This document shows positions 30,095-39,661 of a stretch of DNA of 64,000 nt, piece after piece. This DNA comes from an uncultured Thermoleophilia bacterium. GTDB lineage: Bacteria > Actinomycetota > Thermoleophilia > UBA2241. The stretch lies in the NCBI GenBank assembly GCA_963702475.1, contig CAVPCT010000004.1, positions 192,001 to 256,000 on the forward strand. Direction: 5' to 3'. Under the pieces are notes generated by a model. That model made no database searches and was not told the origin of the DNA. It worked only from the letters and a program-made list of their open reading frames with translations. Numbering within the stretch: position 1 is the stretch's first letter; each line of letters starts with the position of its first letter. Position numbers and translations under genes: made by a program.

Positions 30095-31560
30095 CCCACG
30101 CCCGCCAGCTCGGCGTCGGCGCGCGCCACGATGCTGCGGAGCTCGGCCGCCAGGTCCTCCGGCAGCGGCTCCGGCTCGTGCGTCGCCAGGACCTCGTCGG
30201 CGATCTCCGTCGCCTTCTCCAGGGCGCCGCGCCGGCCGTCACGGATCCACGACTCGTAGGGCTCACGGTCCCACACCCGCGGCCGCCACAACTCGCGCAT
30301 GTGGTCGCGCGTGTGCTTCTCGCCCAGGTACGTCCCTCCCTGGCCCACGGCCTTGATGACGTCCACAGCCAGCGTCTCGTCGTCCACCGCGATGCCGCCG
30401 GCCATCCTCTTCACGATGCGGTAGATCTCGGTCTCCATGACCATGTGCGGATAGCTGAGGATCTTCGAGCCATTGAGCAGGCCGGCGCCGTTCATCATGT
30501 CGGCGCCGCCCATGACGCTGGCGAAGGTGCTCAGCGAGTCGTCCACGGCGGCCTGCCAGTCCGGCTCCTTGGCCCCGGTCGCCATAGTCCCCATGGCGAT
30601 GGGCAGGCCGTAGAAGTGCGCCAGCTGTGAACACGCCGTTGCCAGCAGGTAGTCCTCCGGCGCGCCGCCGGTGTAGCCGCCGGTCGTGAGGTCGATCACG
30701 CTCGGCGCGGCCGAGACGAAGCACGGCACGCCGGGCGAGGCGAGCTGCAGCAGCACGATGCCGCTGAGCGCCTCGGCGTTGTGCACGACCAGCGTGCCGG
30801 CCATCGTCGCAGGGCCGGTGCCGGCCGCCAGCGGCATGGGCATGACGCCGCAGGGCAGCCCGGACTGCGCGGCGACGAGGTTGGCCTCCAGGTTGGGTCC
30901 GTCGTGCCCCAGCGGGTCGACGGCACACTGCATCGAGCTGACGATGGGCCGCGCCCGCAACTCGTCGGTGCCGCCGGCGATGGCCGCCGCCATCTCGACC
31001 ACGTAGCGCATGGGCTTCTCGCCCTGCGTCGTCACCGTCTGGAAGTGCTTACTCGTATTGGCGAAGACGGCCTCGGCGTCGTGCAACGCCTTGGTGGCCG
31101 GCGGCACGTCGGTGCTGGTGACGATGGGGCCCCAGTAGTAGCTCAGCTCGGGGATGGCGTCGACGAAGCGGGCGCTCGTCGCCGCGTCCGCCTTGGTGCT
31201 CGAGCGCTTCTCCCCGGTGACGTGGTCCCAGACGAACACGCCCGAGCCGTCGTTGCTCAGGTACGAGTGCCGGCCGTCGATCACGAGGTCACACTCCGGA
31301 TCGCGCGCCGCAAGCAGGTACTCGTGCGGCGCACGGCCGAGCGCCTCGGTGACGACCTCCTCGGGAAACCTGACCATCTGCGTTCCGCGGTCCACGAGGC
31401 AGCCGTTCTGTTCGAGCACGTCCAGCGACTTCTGACTGGGAAAGCGGCAGCCGACCTCGGCCAGAACGTCGAGCGTGGCCTCGTGGATGCGCACGAGATC
31501 CATGGGCGTGAGGACGTTCCAGGAGAGACGCGGCGCGATGGGGTCGATTCTGGCGCTCAT
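30091..31560 (-). CDS. mttB: Trimethylamine methyltransferase (MttB) superfamily, non-pyrrolysine
   Basis: IHEATLDVLAEVG, NTSKH, AGTGPATMAGTLV, GAPE, KEPDWQA, GAGLL, VDDETLAVDVI; no in-frame TAG. Confidence 0.92.
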   Translation of the reverse strand: MSARIDPIAPRLSWNVLTPMDLVRIHEATLDVLAEVGCRFPSQKSLDVLEQNGCLVDRGTQMVRFPEEVVTEALGRAPHEYLLAARDPECDLVIDGRHSYLSNDGSGVFVWDHVTGEKRSSTKADAATSARFVDAIPELSYYWGPIVTSTDVPPATKALHDAEAVFANTSKHFQTVTTQGEKPMRYVVEMAAAIAGGTDELRARPIVSSMQCAVDPLGHDGPNLEANLVAAQSGLPCGVMPMPLAAGTGPATMAGTLVVHNAEALSGIVLLQLASPGVPCFVSAAPSVIDLTTGGYTGGAPEDYLLATACSQLAHFYGLPIAMGTMATGAKEPDWQAAVDDSLSTFASVMGGADMMNGAGLLNGSKILSYPHMVMETEIYRIVKRMAGGIAVDDETLAVDVIKAVGQGGTYLGEKHTRDHMRELWRPRVWDREPYESWIRDGRRGALEKATEIADEVLATHEPEPLPEDLAAELRSIVARADAELAGVG

Positions 31561-31775
31561 GGTCGGCTACCTCGCTGTGGGGGTCCGGTGACGGGTCGGG
31601 AGACGGTCGGGGACTGTTGGCGAGCCGCCGCAAAGTGCGCACGGGGCCCGGCCGCCGAAGGGCAGCCGGGTCTAGAGACCGCAGGCGCGGTTGATGGTGC
31701 CGATGCTTGTGACGGACACGGCGAGCACGACGCCAGTGTATCGCACCGGCCTCGCGCGCGGACGAGCGTCGAGCC

Positions 31776-31973
31776 TCAGACGCTGCGGCTCCACCGCACG
31801 AAGCTGGTGGCGGAGGCGACCGCGAGGAGCACCGCGGTCGCAAGCGTCAGGTACGCGCTGGGGCCACCGCCTTCCTTCGCGAAGTTGATCACCGTGGCTG
31901 CCACCATGAGCACGAACGCCACGACGAACAGCACGAATGCGACCATTCTGCCGCCCCTCTTGGAGCCGCCCAT
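31776..31973 (-). CDS. Small two-TM membrane protein
   Basis: SD AGGGG, two hydrophobic helices, and its own sigma28-like promoter. Confidence 0.55.
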   Translation of the reverse strand: MGGSKRGGRMVAFVLFVVAFVLMVAATVINFAKEGGGPSAYLTLATAVLLAVASATSFVRWSRSV

Positions 31974-32044
31974 GTCCGCTCCCCTCATCGGCTTCATACC
32001 CGAAACGGTCGCTCACTTCGGGTGGCGTCACCCGCTGACGACCA

Positions 32045-32072
32045 GTATCGGTCTCGTCCGGGGCGGTCTTGA
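32045..32072 (-). promoter_or_regulatory. sigma28/WhiG-type promoter
   Basis: TCAA-N16-ACCGATAC on the minus strand. Confidence 0.55.
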
Positions 32073-32142
32073 GTCGTCAGGCCGCGACTCACTGCCCCTC
32101 GGAAGGCCACTCAGGCGCCGCGCAGGGGGAGCCGGCGACCGC

Positions 32143-33555
32143 TCAGCTCCCCGGCCGGTGCGCCTGCACGTCGGCAAGGATGCCGTCGAGGCCGGCCTTG
32201 ACCTCCTCGCTCAGCTCGAAGGCGCGCGGCTCGGAGCGGAGCTCCGCGACCCGCGCCTTGAGCCGGTCGAGCAGTGTCGCCGCGCCGGCCGCCTCCCAGG
32301 CGTCGTGCCGCGTGGTGTCGAGCAGGTCGCTCTGCCAGATCTGGCGGAAGTGCCTGCGCGTGTAGGGCCGCGCGAGGTGGCTGCCGCCCGGCCCCACGGC
32401 CTTGATCTCGTCCAGCGCAAGCGCCTCGTCGTCCACGCGCAGCTCGCCCATGAACGCCTTGCTCCAGCCGATGAGGTGGTCGCCGAGCAGGATCGACTCG
32501 TAGCTGGACTGCAGGCCGGCCTCCAGATAGCCGACGTCGTGCAGCAGCGTCGCGCGCGACAGCATCGCCGTAATCGTCGTGAGCGCGCTCTCCACGCCCC
32601 ACTGCTCGTCCAGCATCTTGCTGTCGGTGTGGGCGGCGTAGCTGAAGCTCGGCAGGTCGTACCAGCGCGCCAGGTCGGTCTGGGCCTGGTAGCCCTGCAG
32701 GCAGCCGGCCGACGAGTACACCTCGTTCATCGTGCGCATGTTCATGGCGCCGACGCCCACGCCCCACACGAAGGGAGCGCCAGGCTTGATCGCCTGGCTG
32801 AGCACGAGGCCGGCGAGGGTCTCGGCGTTGGCCACGACGATCACGGAACTGATGCTGGCCGGCGCCGTGGTGCCGGCGTTCGGCGCCGGCGCCCAGATGA
32901 GCGGGATGTCGAGCTCGGCGCACGCCATGACCTTGCTGGCGCCGTCCTCGTCGAACAGCAGCGGCGGCACCGGCATGGCGTAGATGCCGAAGCTGTCTAC
33001 CTCTCCGGCCAGCCCCGTCATCTGCTTGAGCCTGCCGAGGATGTGGCCGTCGCGCGGGGCCACCAGCAGCGGCTTGCGCGTGCCGCGGACCATGGCGTCC
33101 ACCTGCACGAGGTCGTCGACGGCGAGCGGCGCGTCCTCGGGCAGGCCCATGCTCATCACGAAGTCGATGTTGGGCAGCTTCTCGGCCAGAGCGGCCATGC
33201 CCTCCACGTCCGCGCGACGAACGCGGCGGCGCTCGCGGGTATCCGGATCGCAGACATACAGGCAGTCGCTGCCGGTACCGCAGTAGCTGTGCCCTGCGTC
33301 GAGCACGAGCGGCTCCGTGTCGCCGCCGCGCGGCTTGATCGTCCAGTCGCGCGGCGCGCTCTTGATGGACGCCTGCACGAGGCCGGCGGGGATCCGCACG
33401 CGAGTGCCGTCTACCTGCGCGCCGGCGCAGGCGAGCGCGTCGACCGCCGGCGCGTACTTGACCTCGACGCCGGTCATCTCGAGCACCTGCAGCGTCGCCT
33501 CGTGCACCCGCCGGCAGGCGGCGTCGTCCCAGATCGTCAGGCGTGCTTCGTTCAT
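32143..33555 (-). CDS. mttB: MttB superfamily methyltransferase, non-pyrrolysine
   Basis: VHEATLQVLEMTG, PNIDFVMSMG, GTTAPAS, TDSKMLDEQ, LLHDVGYLEAG, ALALDEIKAVGPGG; SD AAGGAGG. Confidence 0.92.
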   Translation of the reverse strand: MNEARLTIWDDAACRRVHEATLQVLEMTGVEVKYAPAVDALACAGAQVDGTRVRIPAGLVQASIKSAPRDWTIKPRGGDTEPLVLDAGHSYCGTGSDCLYVCDPDTRERRRVRRADVEGMAALAEKLPNIDFVMSMGLPEDAPLAVDDLVQVDAMVRGTRKPLLVAPRDGHILGRLKQMTGLAGEVDSFGIYAMPVPPLLFDEDGASKVMACAELDIPLIWAPAPNAGTTAPASISSVIVVANAETLAGLVLSQAIKPGAPFVWGVGVGAMNMRTMNEVYSSAGCLQGYQAQTDLARWYDLPSFSYAAHTDSKMLDEQWGVESALTTITAMLSRATLLHDVGYLEAGLQSSYESILLGDHLIGWSKAFMGELRVDDEALALDEIKAVGPGGSHLARPYTRRHFRQIWQSDLLDTTRHDAWEAAGAATLLDRLKARVAELRSEPRAFELSEEVKAGLDGILADVQAHRPGS

Positions 33556-33763
33556 CCCGCCACCTCCTTCGCTGCCGCCGCCGCAGCGGGACAGACGTGT
33601 GTAGCGTGTCGACCGGTACCGGGCGGCCATTCTGGGCCCGAGGTCCGGTGGGAGTGTGCGCCGCCGCGTCGCCGGCGGCGGCGTGCCGACTGCCGGTGCG
33701 GGAGGTATCCCGACGACGCCGGGAGCCGTCCGCAACCGCGCGGGGCGCCGAGGCCCCTGCCTA

Positions 33764-33814
33764 TCAGTGGCCGAAGGTGAAGTAGATGTGACTGAGTATG
33801 CCGCGCGCGGTCAC
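33764..33814 (-). CDS. Putative leaderless leader peptide MTARGILSHIYFTFGH upstream of mttB
   Basis: Extended -10 TGGTAGAGT (33822-33830) 7 nt before GTG 33814; double stop TGA TAG followed by a GGGGC/GCCCC hairpin. Confidence 0.45.
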   Translation of the reverse strand: MTARGILSHIYFTFGH

Positions 33815-33931
33815 GGCGGCCACTCTACCACCGGCCTCCGGCACCGGGCCAGACGGCCGCAGCCGGCCGTGTGCCGCCGGCGAGGGCCGCCTCTGGACAA
33901 GCTGCCGTGCGACCCCGCATGCTTCGCACCC

Positions 33932-35152
33932 ATGAACGTGCGGCGCGTCTTCGACGACGGTTTGTGCATGCAGTGCGGCACCTGCGAGGCCGTGTGCCCG
34001 CACGACGCCGTCGAACTGGTCTGGGGCGTGGGCGTGGGCTACCGCGTGACGGTGCGTGAGGACCGGTGCACGCACTGCGGGGTCTGCGTGGACGTCTGCC
34101 CGGGCCCCGGCGTGGACTTCACCCCCGGAGCCTGGTGGCGTGAGCGGAACGAGGGCGCGACAGTCCAGAACTACTTGGGGCCCTGGCGGCAGCTGTGGTT
34201 CGGCTGGGCGGCCGACCCCCGGACAAGGCACGTGGGCGCCTCGGGAGGCGTGGCCTCGGCCATCCTCGCCGGCACCCTGGAGGCGGGAGTGGCCGACGCC
34301 GTCATCGCTGCCGGGGTAGACCCCGCGAACCCCCTCGAAGCAGTCGCCGTTGTCTGCCGCACGCCGGACGAGGTACGGGCCTGCCGCGGCTCCAAGTACA
34401 ACGTGGTCGCGCAGAACCGGCGGCTGCGTGACGTGCTGGACGAGCCCGGCCGCTACGTCGTCGCCGGGCTCCCCTGTCACATCCAGGGCCTGCGCCTGGC
34501 CCAGCGCCGCTCCGGCCGGCTGCGCAAGCGCGTGGTCGCCACGCTGGGCATCTTCTGCGGCTTCACCAACGAGCCGCGCGCCACGGAGTACGCCGCGCGG
34601 CGCGCCGGCCTGGACCCCGCCGCGCTGGCCGGAGTGTCGTACCGCGGCCCCGGCTGGCCGGGTTGCCTGCGCCTCGAGTCGCGCCGCGGCGAGATCCGCT
34701 GGCGCCCGTACCCGGAGTACTTCGAGCCGGCGATGTGGGCGCTCATGCCGCCGCGCTGCCGCATCTGTCCCGACACGCTGGCCGAACTCGCCGACATCTC
34801 CGTGGGTGACGCCTGGCTGCCGCGCTTCGAGGGCTCGGACGGCGTGAACGACATCGTCGTGCGCACGCCAGCCGGCGAGCGGCTGCTCGCCGCGCTCGCC
34901 GGCCGGCTCGTCCTCGAGCAGGCCCAGCCGGTCGAGATGGTCGAGTCGCAGGCGGAGTCGTACCACTCCAAGCGCGAGGTCGGCCGCGGCCGCCTGTGGC
35001 TGCGTGCCCTAGGCGGCCGCCCCGTGCCGTCGTACCCCGGCATCGATCTTACGTCGAGCCCCCGGGAGCGGCTGTGGGGCTTCGCCGACGCCGCCCGAGA
35101 GTGCTACTACAGGGCGCTCGTCGACCTGCGCTACCCGCTCCGCGACCGCTGA
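33932..35152 (+). CDS. FrhB/FdhB-family (F420 hydrogenase/dehydrogenase beta-like) protein with 2x[4Fe-4S]
   Basis: CMQCGTCEAVCP, CTHCGVCVDVCP, SGGVAS, GSKY, GLPCHIQG, GIFC, CRICPD, DISVGDAW. Confidence 0.88.
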   Translation: MNVRRVFDDGLCMQCGTCEAVCPHDAVELVWGVGVGYRVTVREDRCTHCGVCVDVCPGPGVDFTPGAWWRERNEGATVQNYLGPWRQLWFGWAADPRTRHVGASGGVASAILAGTLEAGVADAVIAAGVDPANPLEAVAVVCRTPDEVRACRGSKYNVVAQNRRLRDVLDEPGRYVVAGLPCHIQGLRLAQRRSGRLRKRVVATLGIFCGFTNEPRATEYAARRAGLDPAALAGVSYRGPGWPGCLRLESRRGEIRWRPYPEYFEPAMWALMPPRCRICPDTLAELADISVGDAWLPRFEGSDGVNDIVVRTPAGERLLAALAGRLVLEQAQPVEMVESQAESYHSKREVGRGRLWLRALGGRPVPSYPGIDLTSSPRERLWGFADAARECYYRALVDLRYPLRDR

Positions 35153-35332
35153 CCCGCGCGTTCCGCGCGCCGGGCGCTCCGCACGGGCGCGCGCCTCTCC
35201 GGCCACGATGCCGCCCGTACCGCTGACGCCGCACGGGCGTATAGTAGGTATGCACGTGACGTATGGACGAGAGCCGCGGGGGGACGCCCACGCCGGAGCG
35301 TGGAGCGAACGCGCGGCAGCAAAGGGGGAGCC

Positions 35333-37192
35333 ATGACCACGTCGCATGGGCTGCGCAGAGGGGGCCTGCTCATCGCGCTCGCGCTCGCAGCCGTCCTCAT
35401 CGGCGGGCTGGCGGTCGGGCTGCGAGGAGCGCTCGCCTCGAGCGACGCCCCGTCGCCGGCGGCCGACAAGACGGTGCTGCATCTCGGCTGGACCAACGAT
35501 CCCGACAGCCTGAACCCGTTCATCGGGTACGAGTCGTCCAGCTACGAGGTCTGGGCCATCAACTACGACCTGCTCGTCGGCTTCCGTGCCTCCGACATGG
35601 CCAACGAGCCCGGCATCGGCCTGGCCCAGGCGTGGGAGATCTCGCCCGACGGCAAGGTGTGGACCTTCACCATCACCGACAAGGCCAAATGGCAGGACGG
35701 CGAGCCGCTCACGGCCGCCGACGTGGCCTTCACCTACAACTACGTGCTCGAGAACGAACTGGGCATGTTCATCGACTACCTGAAGTTCATCGAGAAGGTC
35801 GAGGCCACCGACGCCACGCACGTGGTGTTCACCTGCTCCAAGCCCAAGGCCAACATGCTGGGGCTGTGGATCCCCATCCTGCCCGAGCACATCTGGAGCA
35901 GTGTGCCCCTCAAGACCGTGGAGAAGAGCTTCCAGAATCAGCCGCCCATCGTCGGCTCCGGCCCCTTCCAGACCGTGGAGTGGAAGAAGGGCGCGTACGT
36001 GCGCATGGTGGCCAACAAGGACTACTGGAAGGGCGCCCCCAAGATCGACGAGGTCATCTTCCAGACCTACCAGAACTCGGACACCATGGCGCAGGATCTC
36101 AAGACCGGCGCCCTGCAGACGGCCTGGAACATCCCTGGGGCGCAGTTCGAGCCGCTCGGCAAGGAGCCCGGCATCAAGGCCATCACCGGGCAGCTGCCCG
36201 GCTACGACCAGCTGGGCTTCAATTGCGCCGACAAGAAGGTCTATCCCAAATCCACCGGCCACCCTGTTCTGCAGGACCCGGCCTTCCGCAGCGCTCTTCA
36301 GTGGGCGGTCGACAACGACAAGATCGTCGCCGTGGCCTATCAAGGTCACGCGCGTGCGGCGGAGACCATCATCCAGCCCGACTTCTACCCCGAGGAGACC
36401 GACTTCCACTGGCAGCCGCCCGAGGGCGACCCGGACACCTACACGTTCGACCTCGAGCGCGCCGGGCAGGAGCTGGACGCGGCCGGCTACACCGACGCCG
36501 ACGGCAACGGCATCCGCGAGTACGAGGGCGAGGACATCACCTTGCGGCTGTACGCGCGCACCGAGTCGGCGGAGAGCCAGAGCTGCGGCAAGCTCATCAC
36601 GGGCTGGTTCGAGGACGTGGGCATCGACATCGACTACGAGGTCATCGACGACGGCCGTTTGGGCGACCTCCAGTTCGCCTACGACGGCGACGAGTACGCG
36701 CCTGACTTCGACCTGTTCATCTGGGGCTGGGGCGGCGACATCGACCCCAACTTCATCCTGTCGATCATGACCACGAGTTCCATCGAGGCGTGGAGCGACT
36801 GCATCTGGTCCAACGCCGAGTACGACGAGCTCTTCCTGCTCCAGCAAACGCAGGTCGACATCCAACAGCGCGTCGACACGGTGCGCAGGATGCAACAGAT
36901 CATCTACGAGGAGTCCCCGTACATCCTGCTCGTCTACCCGCTCGAGCTGGAGGCCTACAACACCGCCCAGTGGGAAGGATGGGTGCCGCAGAACGGCAAG
37001 GGCCTGGTCTGGTACAACACCCTGCCGGACACGTACCTGGCGGTGCACAAGGTGGCAGCGACGTCGGGTACGGAGTCCGGCGGCTCCAATACGACGCTCA
37101 TCATCGTCGGCGTGGTCGCCGCCGCTATCGTCGTCGGCGTCATCGTCCTGCTGCTCGTGCGCCGCGGGCGGCGGCAGGTCGAGGAAGCCTGA
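35333..37192 (+). CDS. Family 5 (peptide/nickel) ABC substrate-binding protein with C-terminal membrane anchor
   Basis: DSLNPF, LAQAWEISPDGKVWTF, WQDGEPLTAADVAFT, VGSGPF; signal peptide without lipobox; C-terminal TM followed by RRGRR. Confidence 0.9.
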   Translation: MTTSHGLRRGGLLIALALAAVLIGGLAVGLRGALASSDAPSPAADKTVLHLGWTNDPDSLNPFIGYESSSYEVWAINYDLLVGFRASDMANEPGIGLAQAWEISPDGKVWTFTITDKAKWQDGEPLTAADVAFTYNYVLENELGMFIDYLKFIEKVEATDATHVVFTCSKPKANMLGLWIPILPEHIWSSVPLKTVEKSFQNQPPIVGSGPFQTVEWKKGAYVRMVANKDYWKGAPKIDEVIFQTYQNSDTMAQDLKTGALQTAWNIPGAQFEPLGKEPGIKAITGQLPGYDQLGFNCADKKVYPKSTGHPVLQDPAFRSALQWAVDNDKIVAVAYQGHARAAETIIQPDFYPEETDFHWQPPEGDPDTYTFDLERAGQELDAAGYTDADGNGIREYEGEDITLRLYARTESAESQSCGKLITGWFEDVGIDIDYEVIDDGRLGDLQFAYDGDEYAPDFDLFIWGWGGDIDPNFILSIMTTSSIEAWSDCIWSNAEYDELFLLQQTQVDIQQRVDTVRRMQQIIYEESPYILLVYPLELEAYNTAQWEGWVPQNGKGLVWYNTLPDTYLAVHKVAATSGTESGGSNTTLIIVGVVAAAIVVGVIVLLLVRRGRRQVEEA

Positions 37193-37234
37193 GCAGGAAC
37201 GCGCGGGCGGCGACCGCGGCCGCGTGAGACCGCA

Positions 37235-37278
37235 ACGGCCGGGGGGCCGGGCGCCTGAGCGCCCGGCCCCCCGGCCGT
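37235..37278. terminator. Perfect 20-bp hairpin between convergent genes
   Basis: ACGGCCGGGGGGCCGGGCGC-CTGA-GCGCCCGGCCCCCCGGCCGT. Confidence 0.75.
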
Positions 37279-37314
37279 CTCTCGCTGGGCGCGCGGCTCG
37301 CCGCGCGCCTCCCG

Positions 37315-38328
37315 TCAGAGCTCTTCGTCGCCCGGCGGGAGCGGTACTTCACCGGCCGCGCCGGGCCCCAGCGGGACCTCCGGCAGCGAGACGTCGCGGA
37401 TGTTGTCTTCGGCCAGCGCCGCGCCGGCCGCGTGCTGCAGCGGCTCGGCGGCCGGGGCCTCAGGCTCCTCGCCGACCGCCATGATGCCGAGCTCCTTGGC
37501 GTGCTCCGGCTCCTTCTCGGGAAGCACGTGCCGCAGGAAGCGCTTGGTGCGGTCGTCCTTCGGGTGGAAGAAGACCTCGCTCGGCGGCCCCTCCTCGATG
37601 AAGTAGCCGTCGTCCATGTACACCACCCGGTCGGCCACGTCGCGGCTGAAGCCCATCTCGTGGCTCACGACGATCATGGTCATGCCGGCGGCGGCGAGGT
37701 CCTTCATGACCTTGAGCACCTCGCCGATGAGCTCGGGGTCCAAAGCGCTGGTGGGCTCGTCGAACAGCATCAGCACGGGGTCCATCGCCATGGCGCGAGC
37801 GATGGCTACGCGCTGCTTCTGCCCGCCCGAGAGCTGGCTGGGGAAGAAGTCCATGCGCTCGGCGAGGCCGACCTTGGTGAGCAGTTCGTGCGCCTTCTTC
37901 TCGGCGTCGGCCTTCTTCTCTCTCTTGACCTGGATGGGACCCTCGGTGACGTTCTCCGTGGCGTCCTTGTGCGGGAACAGGTTGAACTCCTGGAAGACCA
38001 TGCCGCACTTCATGCGGATCTCATGCACGGCCTTGTTGAACTGATTGCCGTGGCTGCCACAGACGACGTGGACCCCGCCGATCTCGATCTCGCCGGTGGT
38101 GGGATCCTCGAGGAAGTTGAGGCAGCGCAGGAACGTACTCTTGCCCGAGCCCGAAGGCCCGATCAGCACGATGACCTCGCCCTTGTGCACTTCCAGGTTC
38201 ACGCCTTTGAGGACGTGGTTGCGCCCGAAGTACTTCTCCAGGTTCTTGACCCTGACGATCACTTCGCGGCCCACCACGTGGCGCTCGCCGGCGCCGATGT
38301 GGGTCTCGGGAGTAGGTTCGGCAGCCAT
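37315..38328 (-). CDS. Polar amino acid ABC transporter ATP-binding protein (GlnQ-like)
   Basis: [41 protein letters not shown]; acidic Pro-rich tail. Confidence 0.95.
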   Translation of the reverse strand: MAAEPTPETHIGAGERHVVGREVIVRVKNLEKYFGRNHVLKGVNLEVHKGEVIVLIGPSGSGKSTFLRCLNFLEDPTTGEIEIGGVHVVCGSHGNQFNKAVHEIRMKCGMVFQEFNLFPHKDATENVTEGPIQVKREKKADAEKKAHELLTKVGLAERMDFFPSQLSGGQKQRVAIARAMAMDPVLMLFDEPTSALDPELIGEVLKVMKDLAAAGMTMIVVSHEMGFSRDVADRVVYMDDGYFIEEGPPSEVFFHPKDDRTKRFLRHVLPEKEPEHAKELGIMAVGEEPEAPAAEPLQHAAGAALAEDNIRDVSLPEVPLGPGAAGEVPLPPGDEEL

Positions 38329-39558
38329 CTACTTCACCTTCCCCTTCTCCTTCTCGCGCGCCTTGTCGCGCGCCATGCGGGTCTCGAGCTTAGCCTGCCA
38401 GAAGCTGAAGAAGATCGTCAGCGCCCAGTACCAGGCCGCGGCGACCAGCAGCGTGCTGAAGAAGCTGAAGGTCGCGGCGCCGGCCAGCTGGGAGCGCCGC
38501 AGCAACTCCTCGACCGTGATGACCGACACCAGCGAGGTGTCCTTGATGAGGGCGATGAAGTCGTTGCCGACCGCTGGGGTGACGATCTTCAGGGCCTGCG
38601 GCAGGACGATCCTGCGCTGGGTCTGCCAGCCGCTCAGGCCGATGGCCCAGGCGGCCTCGTTCTGGCCCTTGGGCACCGCCTGGATGCCGGCTCGGAACAC
38701 CTCGGTGAGGTAGGCCCCGTAGTTCAGCGAGAGCGCCGCGACGCCCGACCAGAACGCCGGCGGGTTCATGCTCTGCGGCAGTCCGAGAGCCTTGAGGATC
38801 TCGGGTATGACCTGGTAGATGGCGATGATCTGCAGCAGCAGCGGGGTGCCGCGGAACAGCGACGTGTAGAACGTTGCGACCCAGTACGGGATGCGGCCCA
38901 GGACCATGCGCCACATGTAGCCCCAGCTCTGGTAGCGGTCCCACGCCTGTTTGAAGGTCATCTTCTTCGAGAGCCGGCCGAGGGAGCCGAACAGCGCCAG
39001 GATGCAGGCGAAGATGATGGAGATGACGGTGAGCTCGACGGTGACGATGCCGCCCTTGGCGATGAACCAGAACCAGTCCTGCATCACCTGGAAGCTGATG
39101 AGGCCGCCGCTGCCGGCCGACCCGGTGGAGCCGAAGGCCCACTCGTGCGTGACCGTCACGCCCTCCGTGGTGACGAGGTCAGCCTTGAACGAGTAGTCGC
39201 CCTCCGGGTACGCGTCGTCCCACACGAACTGCAGAGTGGAGGTCGCGCGGGAGACCGCCGGGACGATGCGCGGCGGCCCGCTGAGCGCCTGCTCCTTGTC
39301 GTTGATGAAGAGCTTGCACTGGTCGAGCGCCAGTTCGGCACCATTGGGCTCGAAGTTCACCTGCACCTGGTCGCCGGTCCAGCCCTTGAGGCCTCGGGGA
39401 TCGTCGGGGTTGGGGATGGTCCCCGTGACGACCGGCGTCCCCGTTGCGGGAGACGGCGAGGCCGTTGAGGCTAGGGCGAGCGGCGCGGCCGCGAACAACA
39501 CCACCGCGACGACGACAGCGAGGAGCGCAAGCCTCGTGAGCAGAGACGGTCTTCGCAT
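38329..39558 (-). CDS. Polar amino acid ABC permease (HisM-like) with extra N-terminal extracellular domain
   Basis: FRGTPLLLQ, EVFRAGIQAVPKGQNEAA, IKDTSL; preceded by a signal peptide and a beta-rich domain. Confidence 0.9.
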   Translation of the reverse strand: MRRPSLLTRLALLAVVVAVVLFAAAPLALASTASPSPATGTPVVTGTIPNPDDPRGLKGWTGDQVQVNFEPNGAELALDQCKLFINDKEQALSGPPRIVPAVSRATSTLQFVWDDAYPEGDYSFKADLVTTEGVTVTHEWAFGSTGSAGSGGLISFQVMQDWFWFIAKGGIVTVELTVISIIFACILALFGSLGRLSKKMTFKQAWDRYQSWGYMWRMVLGRIPYWVATFYTSLFRGTPLLLQIIAIYQVIPEILKALGLPQSMNPPAFWSGVAALSLNYGAYLTEVFRAGIQAVPKGQNEAAWAIGLSGWQTQRRIVLPQALKIVTPAVGNDFIALIKDTSLVSVITVEELLRRSQLAGAATFSFFSTLLVAAAWYWALTIFFSFWQAKLETRMARDKAREKEKGKVK

Positions 39559-39661
39559 CCGCTCAACCCCTCCTTTCGTGGTCCGCGGCGGGGGACCCTG
39601 GCGGGGTCGCCCGCCGCGGACGTGCAGGGCGCGTCGCGCCGTCAGCGCGACGCGCCTGCTT

